A stretch of DNA of 64,000 nucleotides from contig JADZGF010000016.1 of NCBI GenBank assembly GCA_020854065.1, positions 20,784-84,783 on the forward strand, in the 5' to 3' direction. Both the position numbers and the translations under genes were made by a program. Shown here piece by piece: positions 27,831-36,631 of this stretch. The DNA is from Candidatus Nomurabacteria bacterium (GTDB lineage: Bacteria > Patescibacteriota > Minisyncoccia > Phycocordibacterales > SBAW01). How positions within the stretch are numbered: position 1 is the first letter of the stretch; each line of letters opens with the position of its first letter. The notes under the pieces are model-generated. The model was not told the DNA's origin. It made no database searches and saw only the letters and a list, made by a program, of their open reading frames with translations.

Positions 27831-28076
27831 TCACGGATATTTACTTATCTTTCTGTGATGCGCAAGCTTGCGAAGTCCGGCTCGCCGCTGGAGCATATGT
27901 ACAAAAGCTTCTGACTTCCCAAGCTCAGCGGCAAGGATCGCCGAATCGATCATATTGTTTTCGCGCAAAAACTGATCTCGTTCGGGATTCTTGTGACGAG
28001 ACTTTTTCTCATAGTCAAACAACTGCGGTGCATGCACTTTTGCCCGAGGAACACGGGTAATGACGTCATCTGTCAT
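27831..28076 (-). CDS. small basic hypothetical protein, possible HTH
   Basis: DSAILAAELGKSEAFVHMLQRRAGL resembles an HTH; SD-like GGGGAG before MTDD; start uncertain. Confidence 0.45.
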   Translation of the reverse strand: MTDDVITRVPRAKVHAPQLFDYEKKSRHKNPERDQFLRENNMIDSAILAAELGKSEAFVHMLQRRAGLRKLAHHRKISKYP

Positions 28077-28139
28077 GACTCTCCCCATACTCACTTCACC
28101 AGCGCGCACAATACTCCAGGCATACAAACGTTTGCAACT

Positions 28140-28165
28140 AAAAAAACCGGCGAGTGCCGGTTTTT
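28140..28165 (-). terminator. terminator after rplS
   Basis: AAAAAAACCGGC-GAGT-GCCGGTTTTT. Confidence 0.85.
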
Positions 28166-28167
28166 AA

Positions 28168-28629
28168 TTACTCCTGGGTTGCTTCTGCTGCAACTTCTTC
28201 TGGAGTCTCTTCGACTGCAGCTGCACGTGGCTCGACTGCAAGCTGGCGACGCATTGCACGCTTCTGATCGCGGGCTGCTTTGTCGCGGATAAAGTAAAGT
28301 TTTGCACGGCGGGTGCGAGTGCGGCGCAACACTTCGACAGAGTCGATGTTTGGCGAGTAGAGAGGGAAAATCTTTTCTACTCCAACACCCGAGGAGACTT
28401 TGCGGACGGTAAAAGTACCACCTGACTCATTGCCGTGCTTAACGGCCAACACAAGTCCCTCAAACGCCTGCTTGCGGACGTTCTTGGTAGTAACCTCTTT
28501 TTTGTTTGCAGCCTTGCCCTTCTTAAGCTCAACAATGTTTTGCCAGACACGAACAACATCGCCCGCGCGCAAACCAAGTGCTGCGCGGTCTTTCATGTTG
28601 ACTGGAGTGATGGTGACCTTGGATTCCAT
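28168..28629 (-). CDS. rplS: 50S ribosomal protein L19
   Basis: [48 protein letters not shown]. Confidence 0.97.
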   Translation of the reverse strand: MESKVTITPVNMKDRAALGLRAGDVVRVWQNIVELKKGKAANKKEVTTKNVRKQAFEGLVLAVKHGNESGGTFTVRKVSSGVGVEKIFPLYSPNIDSVEVLRRTRTRRAKLYFIRDKAARDQKRAMRRQLAVEPRAAAVEETPEEVAAEATQE

Positions 28630-28652
28630 GACCAAAAGAATGTACCACACCC

Positions 28653-29315
28653 CTACCCTTTTCGCAATTCCCCTTCAGCGGCCACAAAATCGGCAGGGAG
28701 TGGGGCCTCAAACCGCATAAGCTTGCCCGACGGGTGGGTTAATTCGAGCGAAAGCGCATGGAGTGCAAGGCGCGTAAACCCTAACAAAAGAGGCCTCCCT
28801 GGCGCATAGAGTACATCCCCGATAATAGGGTGCTGCACTGAGGCCATATGCACGCGTATTTGGTGTGTGCGGCCTGTTTTAGGAAACACCTCAAGGTAAC
28901 TTGCACCTGCTCCTTGTGCTTCTACGCGGTAGTGCGTCAGTGCATCGCGCTGGGTCCCGTACGGAGCACGAGCGGAGCGGGGTCCCCGTCCGCCACGAGA
29001 GGAACCTATGGGCCTGTCGATAATTCCTCGTTCGTCTTTAAATCCACCATGCACAAACGTGCGGTATACCTTTTTGATTTCCCGATTCTTAAACTGCTCT
29101 TTCAAAAATGCCTGCGCTGCTTCAGTACGCGCAATCGCAAGTACGCCACTCGTCTCTCGGTCAATACGGTGCACAAAATAACACTCGCCGTATTTTGCTT
29201 TCAGCCAGCTTTCAAGATCCGGGTAGTCGTGTTTACCGTCTGGGTAGACAATCATACCCGACGGTTTATCAACAACGAGTATATCGTTGTCTTCGTGCAA
29301 AATAGTCGGCTCCAT
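28653..29315 (-). CDS. RluA-family pseudouridine synthase
   Basis: [17 protein letters not shown] catalytic Asp, [21 protein letters not shown]. Confidence 0.95.
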   Translation of the reverse strand: MEPTILHEDNDILVVDKPSGMIVYPDGKHDYPDLESWLKAKYGECYFVHRIDRETSGVLAIARTEAAQAFLKEQFKNREIKKVYRTFVHGGFKDERGIIDRPIGSSRGGRGPRSARAPYGTQRDALTHYRVEAQGAGASYLEVFPKTGRTHQIRVHMASVQHPIIGDVLYAPGRPLLLGFTRLALHALSLELTHPSGKLMRFEAPLPADFVAAEGELRKG

Positions 29316-29316
29316 G

Positions 29317-29389
29317 TGCAGGCTGTAGGGCTCGAACCTACGACCATCCCGGTGTAAACGGGGCGCTCTACCAACTGAGCTAAGCCTGC
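29317..29389 (-). tRNA. tRNA-Val(TAC), CCA not encoded
   Basis: GCAGGCTTAGCTCAGTTGGTAGAGCG-CCCCG-TTTACAC-CGGGA-TGGTCGTAGGTTCGAGCCCTACAGCCTGCA. Confidence 0.93.
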
Positions 29390-29419
29390 ATACTCTCTTA
29401 CTCTATCAAACCTCCGTAC

Positions 29420-29494
29420 TGGTGCCCCCGCGAGGAATCGAACCTCGAATAGCGGCTTAGAAGTCCGCAGTTATATCCATTTAACTACAGGGGC
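29420..29494 (-). tRNA. tRNA-Arg(TCT)
   Basis: GCCCCTGTAGTTAAATGGATATAACT-GCGGA-CTTCTAA-GCCGC-TATTCGAGGTTCGATTCCTCGCGGGGGCACCA. Confidence 0.93.
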
Positions 29495-29506
29495 GATGCC
29501 CCTATC

Positions 29507-30124
29507 TTACCAAGGCCAGAGGTCAAAGCGTACGATAGCATACCCGGCAAAAACAGTCAGTATCAGCACACTTGCCCATACTGCGTACTTATCAACCGCT
29601 TCTAACACCTGTTCGCCAAACGCCCACACGATATACGTGACGATAGACATGCGAATACCGCGTCCCAACACAAATCCTGCGACAAACGGAGCAAAGGGCG
29701 ACCCTAAAATACCCGCGGCATAAATAAGTGCCTTGTCCGGAATGGGAGTAACTGATGCTAAAAGCATTGCCCAGAAAATACTGCCGGCAAGAACTGCTTG
29801 TGCGGTCGCATATGCATCGGTATAGCCCCATGATGCAAGTAGCGCCTCGCCATAGGCACGGTAAAGCCAAAACAAAATCCAATACCCTGCAATGGTGCCG
29901 AGCGTGGAAAAGGTTAACGCGACTGCTAAGTAGCGTTTCCAGCGGTCGCGATGCGCAAGCACCAACGCTGCCAAAAATGGTTCAGCGGTAATTGGTGAGA
30001 AGAGTGTGTCAGTAAACGCAATGAGTGCAAGCCACACGAGCGCAAAGCGACTCTTGGCGTGCTCAAGAAACCACTGCCATAGTCGGCCCTTGGTCGTAAT
30101 ATCGTCGAGCACTGGTGCATCCAT
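29507..30124 (-). CDS. YqaA/DedA (VTT domain) membrane protein
   Basis: LIAFTDTLFSPI, STLG.IAGY, TPIPDK..IYAAG, GRGIR. Confidence 0.85.
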   Translation of the reverse strand: MDAPVLDDITTKGRLWQWFLEHAKSRFALVWLALIAFTDTLFSPITAEPFLAALVLAHRDRWKRYLAVALTFSTLGTIAGYWILFWLYRAYGEALLASWGYTDAYATAQAVLAGSIFWAMLLASVTPIPDKALIYAAGILGSPFAPFVAGFVLGRGIRMSIVTYIVWAFGEQVLEAVDKYAVWASVLILTVFAGYAIVRFDLWPW

Positions 30125-30127
30125 ATA

Positions 30128-30451
30128 TTATTTAACGCGCTCTCCGGGATTCCCTTTCGTCTCAAAGAGTGCAAACGGTGTCTCTCCCCCTCCCACTGCA
30201 AGGATCATGGCCTGGCTCTCTAAACCCATCATGGTGCGCGGCGCTAAGTTTGTGACAAACGGAAATCGCTTCCCGACAATATCAGCCGGTGCAACATATG
30301 CTTTTATGCCCGAGAGTACTTGGCGTTCGTGATCACCAAAGTTGACCTTGAGTTTAAGGAGTTTATCGCTGCCTTCTATCTCCTCCGCGCTTACTACCTC
30401 ACCCACGCGGATCTCAACCTTTTTAAAATCATCAATACTAATTGGCTCCAT
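30128..30451 (-). CDS. stand-alone tRNA-binding OB protein (Trbp111 / MetRS C-terminal domain)
   Basis: ISIDDFKKVEIRVG, SDKLLKLKV, RQVLSGI, NLAPRTMMGLESQAMILA. Confidence 0.92.
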   Translation of the reverse strand: MEPISIDDFKKVEIRVGEVVSAEEIEGSDKLLKLKVNFGDHERQVLSGIKAYVAPADIVGKRFPFVTNLAPRTMMGLESQAMILAVGGGETPFALFETKGNPGERVK

Positions 30452-30863
30452 GGTTTTTCATTCTATCAAGATAACTTTGTAAAATAAGTGCTGCTGCGGA
30501 TGCGTCGAGATTCTCTTGTCCTGGATTTGCTTTGCGTGATTTTTCTTCGGGCGCAAATTGGCGTGCTGCCAATGCGCTCGTAAAAAACTCACGTTCGTAT
30601 GCCACCGAGAGACCCGTTAACTCTTCGATATCTTTTTTAAACTGCTCGATATCCTCCATGACGGGATTTGGTTTACCTGCAAAGTCGCGGGACTCACCCA
30701 TCACAACCCCTTCAACACTGTTCTCTTTCGCCAGTGCGGCGATCTCATCAAGTGCTTTAGGTCCTGCCTCTACCACTCCCAAAGGAAAAGCCACCCGACC
30801 ATCTTCGTCGCTTACCGCAATGCCAATGCGTCTGGTTCCATAATCAATACCAAGTAATCTCAT
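30438..30863 (-). CDS. ruvX: YqgF/RuvX family nuclease
   Basis: LLGIDYGTRRIGIAVSD, EREFFTS, LDASAAALILQSYLD. Confidence 0.93.
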   Translation of the reverse strand: MRLLGIDYGTRRIGIAVSDEDGRVAFPLGVVEAGPKALDEIAALAKENSVEGVVMGESRDFAGKPNPVMEDIEQFKKDIEELTGLSVAYEREFFTSALAARQFAPEEKSRKANPGQENLDASAAALILQSYLDRMKNHGAN

Positions 30864-30879
30864 TGTGATCCAAAAATCT

Positions 30880-31206
30880 CTAATATTTATTAAGGAAATC
30901 AGAAAGAAGAGCCGAACCAAAAAATAATATAAAGGGCGATGCTACTAATAAAATTCCAATGAGCACCGTATCTCCAACTTTCCCCCAACGTACATTTTGA
31001 GATTGGGCTGGAGAGACATCGTTTGGTTTAAGAAAACGTCCTGTCAGATATGATACGAATGCAAAAATTATTGCTAGTTCCAACCCACCCAACAATAATT
31101 CTGTAAGTGCGTCAGCTTTTATAAACTCTTCAGTAAAAGCCCATGCCGCCCAACTAAGAAAAAGGAACAACCCTACCTGGATTATTTTTATTCCTATATC
31201 TTTCAT
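30880..31206 (-). CDS. hypothetical membrane protein (AT-rich, just downstream of tRNA-Ser)
   Basis: 108 aa with three hydrophobic segments; visibly lower GC than neighbours. Confidence 0.6.
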   Translation of the reverse strand: MKDIGIKIIQVGLFLFLSWAAWAFTEEFIKADALTELLLGGLELAIIFAFVSYLTGRFLKPNDVSPAQSQNVRWGKVGDTVLIGILLVASPFILFFGSALLSDFLNKY

Positions 31207-31263
31207 AACTGTACTTTACAACACTCAGACTCTTCTTAGACAGAACAGCTGTACTTAATCTAG

Positions 31264-31348
31264 CGGTGGGGAGAGGATTCGAACCTCTGGTACCTTGCGG
31301 CACTCCTGTTTTCAAGACAGGTGCAATAGACCACTCTGCCACCCCACC
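31264..31348 (-). tRNA. tRNA-Ser(TGA), CCA not encoded
   Basis: GGTGGGGTGGCAGAGTGGTCTATTGCA-CCTGT-CTTGAAA-ACAGG, long variable arm, GGTTCGAATCC, ends CCCCACCG. Confidence 0.94.
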
Positions 31349-31404
31349 CCAATGGACACACTATACTATTTTTCTTACCATTACAGCAGATGAAGGAGTC
31401 TGTC

Positions 31405-31932
31405 ATGGAACCCGAAAAAATTCTACTGCGTGCAACGCTCGCACTATTGTGTAAGGGAGCAACGGTAATTTTACCCATAAAAAAGCATAAAATTGGCGCT
31501 GGTCTGCGCAATGGGTATGGTGGTGGGATTGAAGCGGATGAAGATCCCACTACCGCCACAGCACGTGAACTATATGAAGAGTGTGGAGTAAATATTGGTC
31601 TCCGCGACATTACGCCTGCAGCAGTGATCGACTTTCATAACATGACGGCAGAGGGTAAAGAATTCACCTGCCGTGTCTATGTATCACTCGTCGATCTTTG
31701 GTTAGGTACACCGTATGAGAGCGAAGAGATGGGCCCGCCCGAACACTTCGCTCTCGATGAACCTCCTTTAGACGAGATGATGCTTGCAGACCGCGACTGG
31801 TTGCCACCGGTACTTGCCGGGAAACATATATACGCACAAGCGTGGTACACCTCACGACAAGCAGCACTACGACAACCAACGGTCGTTACAGAAATATCTC
31901 GGGATGAACTCGACCGCTTATGGAGTGCATAA
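31405..31932 (+). CDS. NUDIX hydrolase, MTH1/8-oxo-dGTPase-like
   Basis: GAGLRNGYGGGIEADEDPTTATARELYEECG, ESEEMGP, MMLADRDWLP; alternative start 31390. Confidence 0.85.
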   Translation: MEPEKILLRATLALLCKGATVILPIKKHKIGAGLRNGYGGGIEADEDPTTATARELYEECGVNIGLRDITPAAVIDFHNMTAEGKEFTCRVYVSLVDLWLGTPYESEEMGPPEHFALDEPPLDEMMLADRDWLPPVLAGKHIYAQAWYTSRQAALRQPTVVTEISRDELDRLWSA

Positions 31933-31962
31933 GCGGTCTTTTCCTTATCGTATACTTACACC

Positions 31963-32430
31963 ATGGCGCAAGATGGCATCGCGTGGATCGTGCATACACA
32001 CGAGCACCAAGACCGCTCGGTTGATTGGTACTGGACACTTGGTGGGCTGGCAATTGCCGGCGCAGTACTCTCGATTATCTTTAGCAACTTTCTGCTTGCG
32101 GTCATCATTCTTATCGGTGCAGGTTCTATTGGTACTCTTGCCGCGCGCGGACCCCGCACGCACTGGGTACGAGTTGATGGAAACGGCGTAACTATGGACG
32201 GCACCCTCTACCGCCACGATGCACTGCACTCTTTTTGGGTCGACGAAACAGATAAAGACGATCCCCTTCTCTTAGTGAGCACTCGCTCGATGCTTCATCC
32301 ACAGCTTGTCGTGCCCCTTATCGAGAGTTCGCGCGCAAGTGCCGTGCGTAGCTACTTAAAACGCTATCTTGAGGAAGAAGAACAGCACCCGCACTTGGGT
32401 GAACAGGTAGCACGGCTTATTGGTTTATAG
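31963..32430 (+). CDS. conserved hypothetical membrane protein
   Basis: RSVDWYW, two TM segments, then a PH-like beta domain ending EQVARLIGL. Confidence 0.75.
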   Translation: MAQDGIAWIVHTHEHQDRSVDWYWTLGGLAIAGAVLSIIFSNFLLAVIILIGAGSIGTLAARGPRTHWVRVDGNGVTMDGTLYRHDALHSFWVDETDKDDPLLLVSTRSMLHPQLVVPLIESSRASAVRSYLKRYLEEEEQHPHLGEQVARLIGL

Positions 32431-32482
32431 AATATAAACATAGGTACTTGTTTCTAGTTTTGAGTTTCTATATAATGAACTC

Positions 32483-33172
32483 ATGGCTGGGGTGCGTCAT
32501 GATTCATCCGTAAAATCTAAGGTCATGCGACTCCGACGTGCGGGTAAAACCTACGCCGAAATTCAAAAACGCTTCCCTATCCCCAAAAGTACTCTATCGG
32601 TCTGGCTAAACAAAAAGTTTCCAAGAACACGCACGGTACAATTAGAACACTTAAAACGAGCCCGAATACTCGCAGCCGCATCTATCACAAAAGCACGATT
32701 GGCCCGAGAAGCAATCATTGATTCAAAAAGTGCTTTAACGGCAATAGATTTACCTTTGCACAACATAGCACTCCGTAAAGCTCTGCTTGCTATGTTGTAT
32801 TGGGCAGAAGGTTCAAAACACAAAGGAGTAGGTGGCCTTATTTTTGTAAATACAGATCCGAAACTTGCAGAATTATATATTTCCCTCCTTCGTTCAAGTT
32901 TTACTGTAGAAGAAACCCGATTTCGTATACGGCTTCATTTGCATTATTATCACAAATCGAAAGAAGCGATCGACTTCTGGTCAAAACTGCTTGATGTGCC
33001 TAAAGCACAATTTGGAAAAATTTATTGGAAGGAGCGCAGTAAAACCAAAAAATTTAGACAAAATTTTATGGGAATTTGTTTTATCTATTACCCATCAGGT
33101 GATATCAGAAAAGAAATTCTCTCGCTTGGCCAAGCTATTCATGCTATACTGCCAAACCAATTGCTCCCGTAG
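32483..33172 (+). CDS. HTH plus LAGLIDADG-like putative endonuclease
   Basis: N-terminal HTH (LRRAGKTYAEIQKRFPIPKSTLSVWL), LAMLYWAEGSK...FVNTDPKL resembling a LAGLIDADG helix; AT-rich; stop lies inside tRNA-Arg. Confidence 0.7.
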   Translation: MAGVRHDSSVKSKVMRLRRAGKTYAEIQKRFPIPKSTLSVWLNKKFPRTRTVQLEHLKRARILAAASITKARLAREAIIDSKSALTAIDLPLHNIALRKALLAMLYWAEGSKHKGVGGLIFVNTDPKLAELYISLLRSSFTVEETRFRIRLHLHYYHKSKEAIDFWSKLLDVPKAQFGKIYWKERSKTKKFRQNFMGICFIYYPSGDIRKEILSLGQAIHAILPNQLLP

Positions 33173-33237
33173 TTAAATGGATATAACGCGAGGTTGCGGA
33201 CTTCGTATTCTAGGTTCGATTCCTAGCGGGAGCACCA
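33163..33237 (+). tRNA. tRNA-Arg(GCG)
   Basis: GCTCCCGTAGTTAAATGGATATAACG-CGAGG-TTGCGGA-CTTCG-TATTCTAGGTTCGATTCCTAGCGGGAGCACCA. Confidence 0.93.
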
Positions 33238-33264
33238 CATAGGAAATTACCACGAGTATTCAGA

Positions 33265-33339
33265 GCTCTCGTAGTTAAATGGATATAACACCTCCCTCCG
33301 AAGGAGGAAATCCAGGTTCGATTCCTGGCGAGAGCACCA
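33265..33339 (+). tRNA. tRNA-Arg(CCG)
   Basis: GCTCTCGTAGTTAAATGGATATAACA-CCTCC-CTCCGAA-GGAGG-AAATCCAGGTTCGATTCCTGGCGAGAGCACCA. Confidence 0.95.
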
Positions 33340-33367
33340 GAAAGAAAAAGTTCGACTTCTGGCAGAC

Positions 33368-33610
33368 TTATGCCTTAAGAAGTTTTGCGACCGATGCCTT
33401 ACGGCGAGCTGCCGTGTTTTTGTGCATAAGGCCACGCTTAAGCGCCTTATCAATTGCTTGGTACGCTGCTGAGAGAGCTGCCGCATCACCCCCTTTTGCC
33501 AAACGAGCACCCTTAAGAGCACCGCGAAGTGCTTTACGGCGGACGTCGTTAAAAGCCTTCTTGCGGAGGCTTTGGCGGTGGGCTTTCTTGGCAGACTTGG
33601 TAATTGCCAT
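33368..33610 (-). CDS. rpsT: 30S ribosomal protein S20
   Basis: MAITKSAKKAHRQS, IDKALKRGLMHKNTAARRKA. Confidence 0.96.
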   Translation of the reverse strand: MAITKSAKKAHRQSLRKKAFNDVRRKALRGALKGARLAKGGDAAALSAAYQAIDKALKRGLMHKNTAARRKASVAKLLKA

Positions 33611-33634
33611 GCGCGGAGTGTACTCTATATAGGC

Positions 33635-34189
33635 ATGATAGGCAAGCTCACAGGGGTAGTTGAGCTCGGATCTCCCGGGGAGGTCCTTATTGATGTAAAC
33701 GGGGTTGGGTACAGTGTCCGCGTGCCTCTTTCCGTTATACTCTCCCCAACTGAGCGTATTACCCTCTTTATTTACACAGCCGTGCGCGACGATGCGATCG
33801 ATCTATATGGCTTTACCTCTACTGCAGACATCGCTTTTTTCAAACAACTTATGACCGTCTCTTCTATTGGTCCGAAGACAGCACTTTCCATTATGGGCGT
33901 GTCTGACATTACAACGCTCAAGCGCCATATTGCTGCAGGTGATGCAGTGGCGCTCACCAAATTGTTTGGTATCGGCAAAAAGAGTGCTGAGCGTATTGTG
34001 GTTGAACTGAAAGACAAAGTTATACCTGACGCAACTGCGAACATGGGTGGCAGCGAAATTATGGATGCACTTATGTCGCTTGGCTACAGTGCTGAAGAAT
34101 CACGTCGCGCACTGAAACAACTTCCAGGTGGAGATACCAAAGAGCAATTGCAAGCTGCACTTAAATATTTAGGTGGCGCAAAAGTATGA
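33635..34189 (+). CDS. ruvA: Holliday junction branch migration protein RuvA
   Basis: MIGKLTG, IDVNGVGY, LYGF, IGPKTALSI, GIGKKSAERIVVELKDK, ALMSLGY. Confidence 0.96.
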   Translation: MIGKLTGVVELGSPGEVLIDVNGVGYSVRVPLSVILSPTERITLFIYTAVRDDAIDLYGFTSTADIAFFKQLMTVSSIGPKTALSIMGVSDITTLKRHIAAGDAVALTKLFGIGKKSAERIVVELKDKVIPDATANMGGSEIMDALMSLGYSAEESRRALKQLPGGDTKEQLQAALKYLGGAKV

Positions 34190-35430
34190 AAAACTTCTTT
34201 CGCACACTAATCCCCTCCTCTGTGCTCGACCTCTATCATGGCGCTTGGGCACATGGGAGTGCATGGTGGTTTGGATATCCATCCAAACAACTTGTGGTCA
34301 TTGGAGTCACGGGCACCAAGGGTAAATCGAGTGTAGCTGAAATGATGGCAACCATCTTGCGTGGTGCGGGTAAAAAAGTTGCACTCGCATCTACGATTCA
34401 TTTTGTGGTGAACGAGGACGAACGTCCCAACCTCTACAAAATGTCCATGCCGGGTCGTGGACGACTACAAAAGTTTTTGCGTGACGCACACGATGCAGGC
34501 TGTACACATGTAGTACTTGAGATGACCTCTGAAGGTGTATTGCAACATCGTCATGTTGGTATTGAACTTGATGCACTTATATTCACCAACCTCGCCCCTG
34601 AACACATTGAGCGACACGGCAGTTTTGAAAAGTATGCCGATGCAAAACTGGAGATTGCACGTTCGCTTGCACGCTCATCCAAACGTCCACGCATTATCGT
34701 TGCGAATACTGACGATGCATACGGAGAAAAGTTTTTGTCAGTTGGTGTCGATACAGCCTTGCCGTATAGCGCACATGACGCCGAGCCGTATAGCACCGAC
34801 GAAGCAAGCGCTCGGTTTGTCTGGCATGGCACTACCTTTGTGGTCCCCCTCCCCGGCATGTTTAACCTCTACAACGCACTTGCTGCACTCACCGCAGGAA
34901 AAGCACTCGGTATCGATATCGATGTCATGAAGCGCGCGCTTGAGCATATGCCGACCATCGCAGGTCGCGCTGAGCGTGTGGAAGCAGGTCAACCATTTAG
35001 CGTTGTAGTGGATTACGCGCACACTCCTGATTCACTCAAAGCATTGTATGAGACGTACAAAAATCACCGACTCATTTGTGTGTTGGGTGCAACTGGTGGC
35101 GGACGCGACATATGGAAGCGTCCCGAGATGGGTAAAGTTGCCGATGCATACTGTTCAGTTGCCATACTGACCGATGATGATCCATACAATGAGGATAGCG
35201 AATCGATTATTGCTGACATTGCAAAAGGATTTAGCACTCATACACCACTGCGTATTGTTGATCGTCGTGCTGCCATTGCTGCTGCGTTTTCCGAAGCAAA
35301 ACCAGGTGATGCAGTTCTTATCACCGGCAAAGGGACTGATCCCTATTTAATGCTCGCACATGGGAAGAAAATGCCGTGGAGTGACAAAAAAGTAGCTACC
35401 GAAGAGCTCGCGAAGTTGGGGTACAATTAA
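34186..35430 (+). CDS. murE: UDP-N-acetylmuramyl-tripeptide synthetase (MurE-like Mur ligase)
   Basis: GVTGTKGKSS P-loop, LEMTSEG, FTNLAPEH, VVDYAHTPDSL, DRRAAI, GKG. Confidence 0.88.
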   Translation: MKNFFRTLIPSSVLDLYHGAWAHGSAWWFGYPSKQLVVIGVTGTKGKSSVAEMMATILRGAGKKVALASTIHFVVNEDERPNLYKMSMPGRGRLQKFLRDAHDAGCTHVVLEMTSEGVLQHRHVGIELDALIFTNLAPEHIERHGSFEKYADAKLEIARSLARSSKRPRIIVANTDDAYGEKFLSVGVDTALPYSAHDAEPYSTDEASARFVWHGTTFVVPLPGMFNLYNALAALTAGKALGIDIDVMKRALEHMPTIAGRAERVEAGQPFSVVVDYAHTPDSLKALYETYKNHRLICVLGATGGGRDIWKRPEMGKVADAYCSVAILTDDDPYNEDSESIIADIAKGFSTHTPLRIVDRRAAIAAAFSEAKPGDAVLITGKGTDPYLMLAHGKKMPWSDKKVATEELAKLGYN

Positions 35431-35433
35431 TTT

Positions 35434-35667
35434 ATGGCCGACGAAAAAGGCGGAGAAGAAGGTCCTATGACGACCGTTTGGATTCTCGGTGCACTGCTTG
35501 GCGGACTCATTGTGCTCTGGTATGTAAATGGTGGTCCTGATCGTGCAGATTTGCGTGGTATCTTTTTAGCACCACCCGCACCCCTTGGTACCGGTGAAGC
35601 ATACGGTCCGCAAATTAATGCGCCGACCGAAACTGTGCCGCAAACCATTGATCAACCTGACTACTAA
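35434..35667 (+). CDS. small single-TM hypothetical protein
   Basis: 77 aa, tightly packed between murE and the next gene. Confidence 0.65.
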   Translation: MADEKGGEEGPMTTVWILGALLGGLIVLWYVNGGPDRADLRGIFLAPPAPLGTGEAYGPQINAPTETVPQTIDQPDY

Positions 35668-35670
35668 CCT

Positions 35671-36069
35671 ATGCTTAATCCTTTCCCCGATCTTTTAACG
35701 TATTCGTTTTTTGCACCGACACTCTTACGTTTTGCCGCTGCATGTGCATTTGCATACGGCGCATACTTTTTGTGGCAGAATCAAAAACAAATTGGGCAGA
35801 AGCGCTTCCCTATCATTGGTCACGCTCCATGGCTTGGTGGTGCGGCAGCAGTTGCACACGGAATACTTGCTGCTGCACTCGCGTTTGGATACCACACACA
35901 AATTAGCGCGCTTGCCGGTGCACTTGGTGCATTGAAAGGAATATTCTTTGCTGAGCAATATCGCGAAGTCTTCCCTTTCTCAAAAAGCACTTACTTCCTC
36001 CTCCTTTTTGTACTCCTTTCACTCTTGCTCACTGGCGCTGGTGCGCTTGCAAAAGATCTCCCACTCTAG
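35671..36069 (+). CDS. DoxX-like membrane protein
   Basis: MLNPFPDLL, PTLLR, GYHTQISAL, LLLTGAGALAKD. Confidence 0.7.
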   Translation: MLNPFPDLLTYSFFAPTLLRFAAACAFAYGAYFLWQNQKQIGQKRFPIIGHAPWLGGAAAVAHGILAAALAFGYHTQISALAGALGALKGIFFAEQYREVFPFSKSTYFLLLFVLLSLLLTGAGALAKDLPL

Positions 36070-36082
36070 CTAGAGTGGTTCT

Positions 36083-36544
36083 GTGATACTCGTGCTCCAC
36101 AATATACGCAGCGCCCACAACGTGGGTAGCATGTTTCGTACCGCTGACGCAGCGGGTGTGAAGCGTATTATCCTTTCTGGATACACACCGGGACCCACTG
36201 ATCCACGCGGAGTGCCACGGAGGGATTTTATAAAAGTGTCGCTTGGTGCGGAGCATTTTATTCCTTGGGATCGAAGTTCTACACTTGCGACAGCGCTTAA
36301 GAAATTAAAGAAGGAAGGATACACCATCGTCGCGGTTGAGCAGACGAAAACTTCGATAAATCTTTTTGACTACAAGCCGAAGAATAAAAAGTTGGCAGTG
36401 GTGATGGGCAATGAAGTACGCGGCATTAATACCCAAAACCTTAAGTATTGCGATGCGGCAGTGGAGATACCCATGCAGGGAAAGAAAGAGTCTCTCAACG
36501 TAGCGGTCGCCTGTGGTATAGCCCTATTTACGCTTTTGCGCTAA
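36083..36544 (+). CDS. TrmH/SpoU family RNA methyltransferase
   Basis: LHNIRSAHNVGSMFRTADA, VMGNEVRG, IPMQGKKESLNVAVA. Confidence 0.93.
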   Translation: MILVLHNIRSAHNVGSMFRTADAAGVKRIILSGYTPGPTDPRGVPRRDFIKVSLGAEHFIPWDRSSTLATALKKLKKEGYTIVAVEQTKTSINLFDYKPKNKKLAVVMGNEVRGINTQNLKYCDAAVEIPMQGKKESLNVAVACGIALFTLLR

Positions 36545-36558
36545 AATGGTGCCGTATT

Positions 36559-36631
36559 GCGCCCATAGCTCAGTTGGTAGAGCGGCTCCCTTTTAAGGAG
36601 ATGGTCCTTGGTTCGAATCCAAGTGGGCGCA
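36559..36631 (+). tRNA. tRNA-Lys(TTT), CCA not encoded
   Basis: GCGCCCATAGCTCAGTTGGTAGAGCG-GCTCC-CTTTTAA-GGAGA-TGGTCCTTGGTTCGAATCCAAGTGGGCGCA. Confidence 0.93.

Noticed and set aside
30128-30451. Split MetRS (short metG plus distant tRNA-binding domain) as a novelty
   Set aside because: Stand-alone Trbp111-like proteins alongside short MetRS are well known
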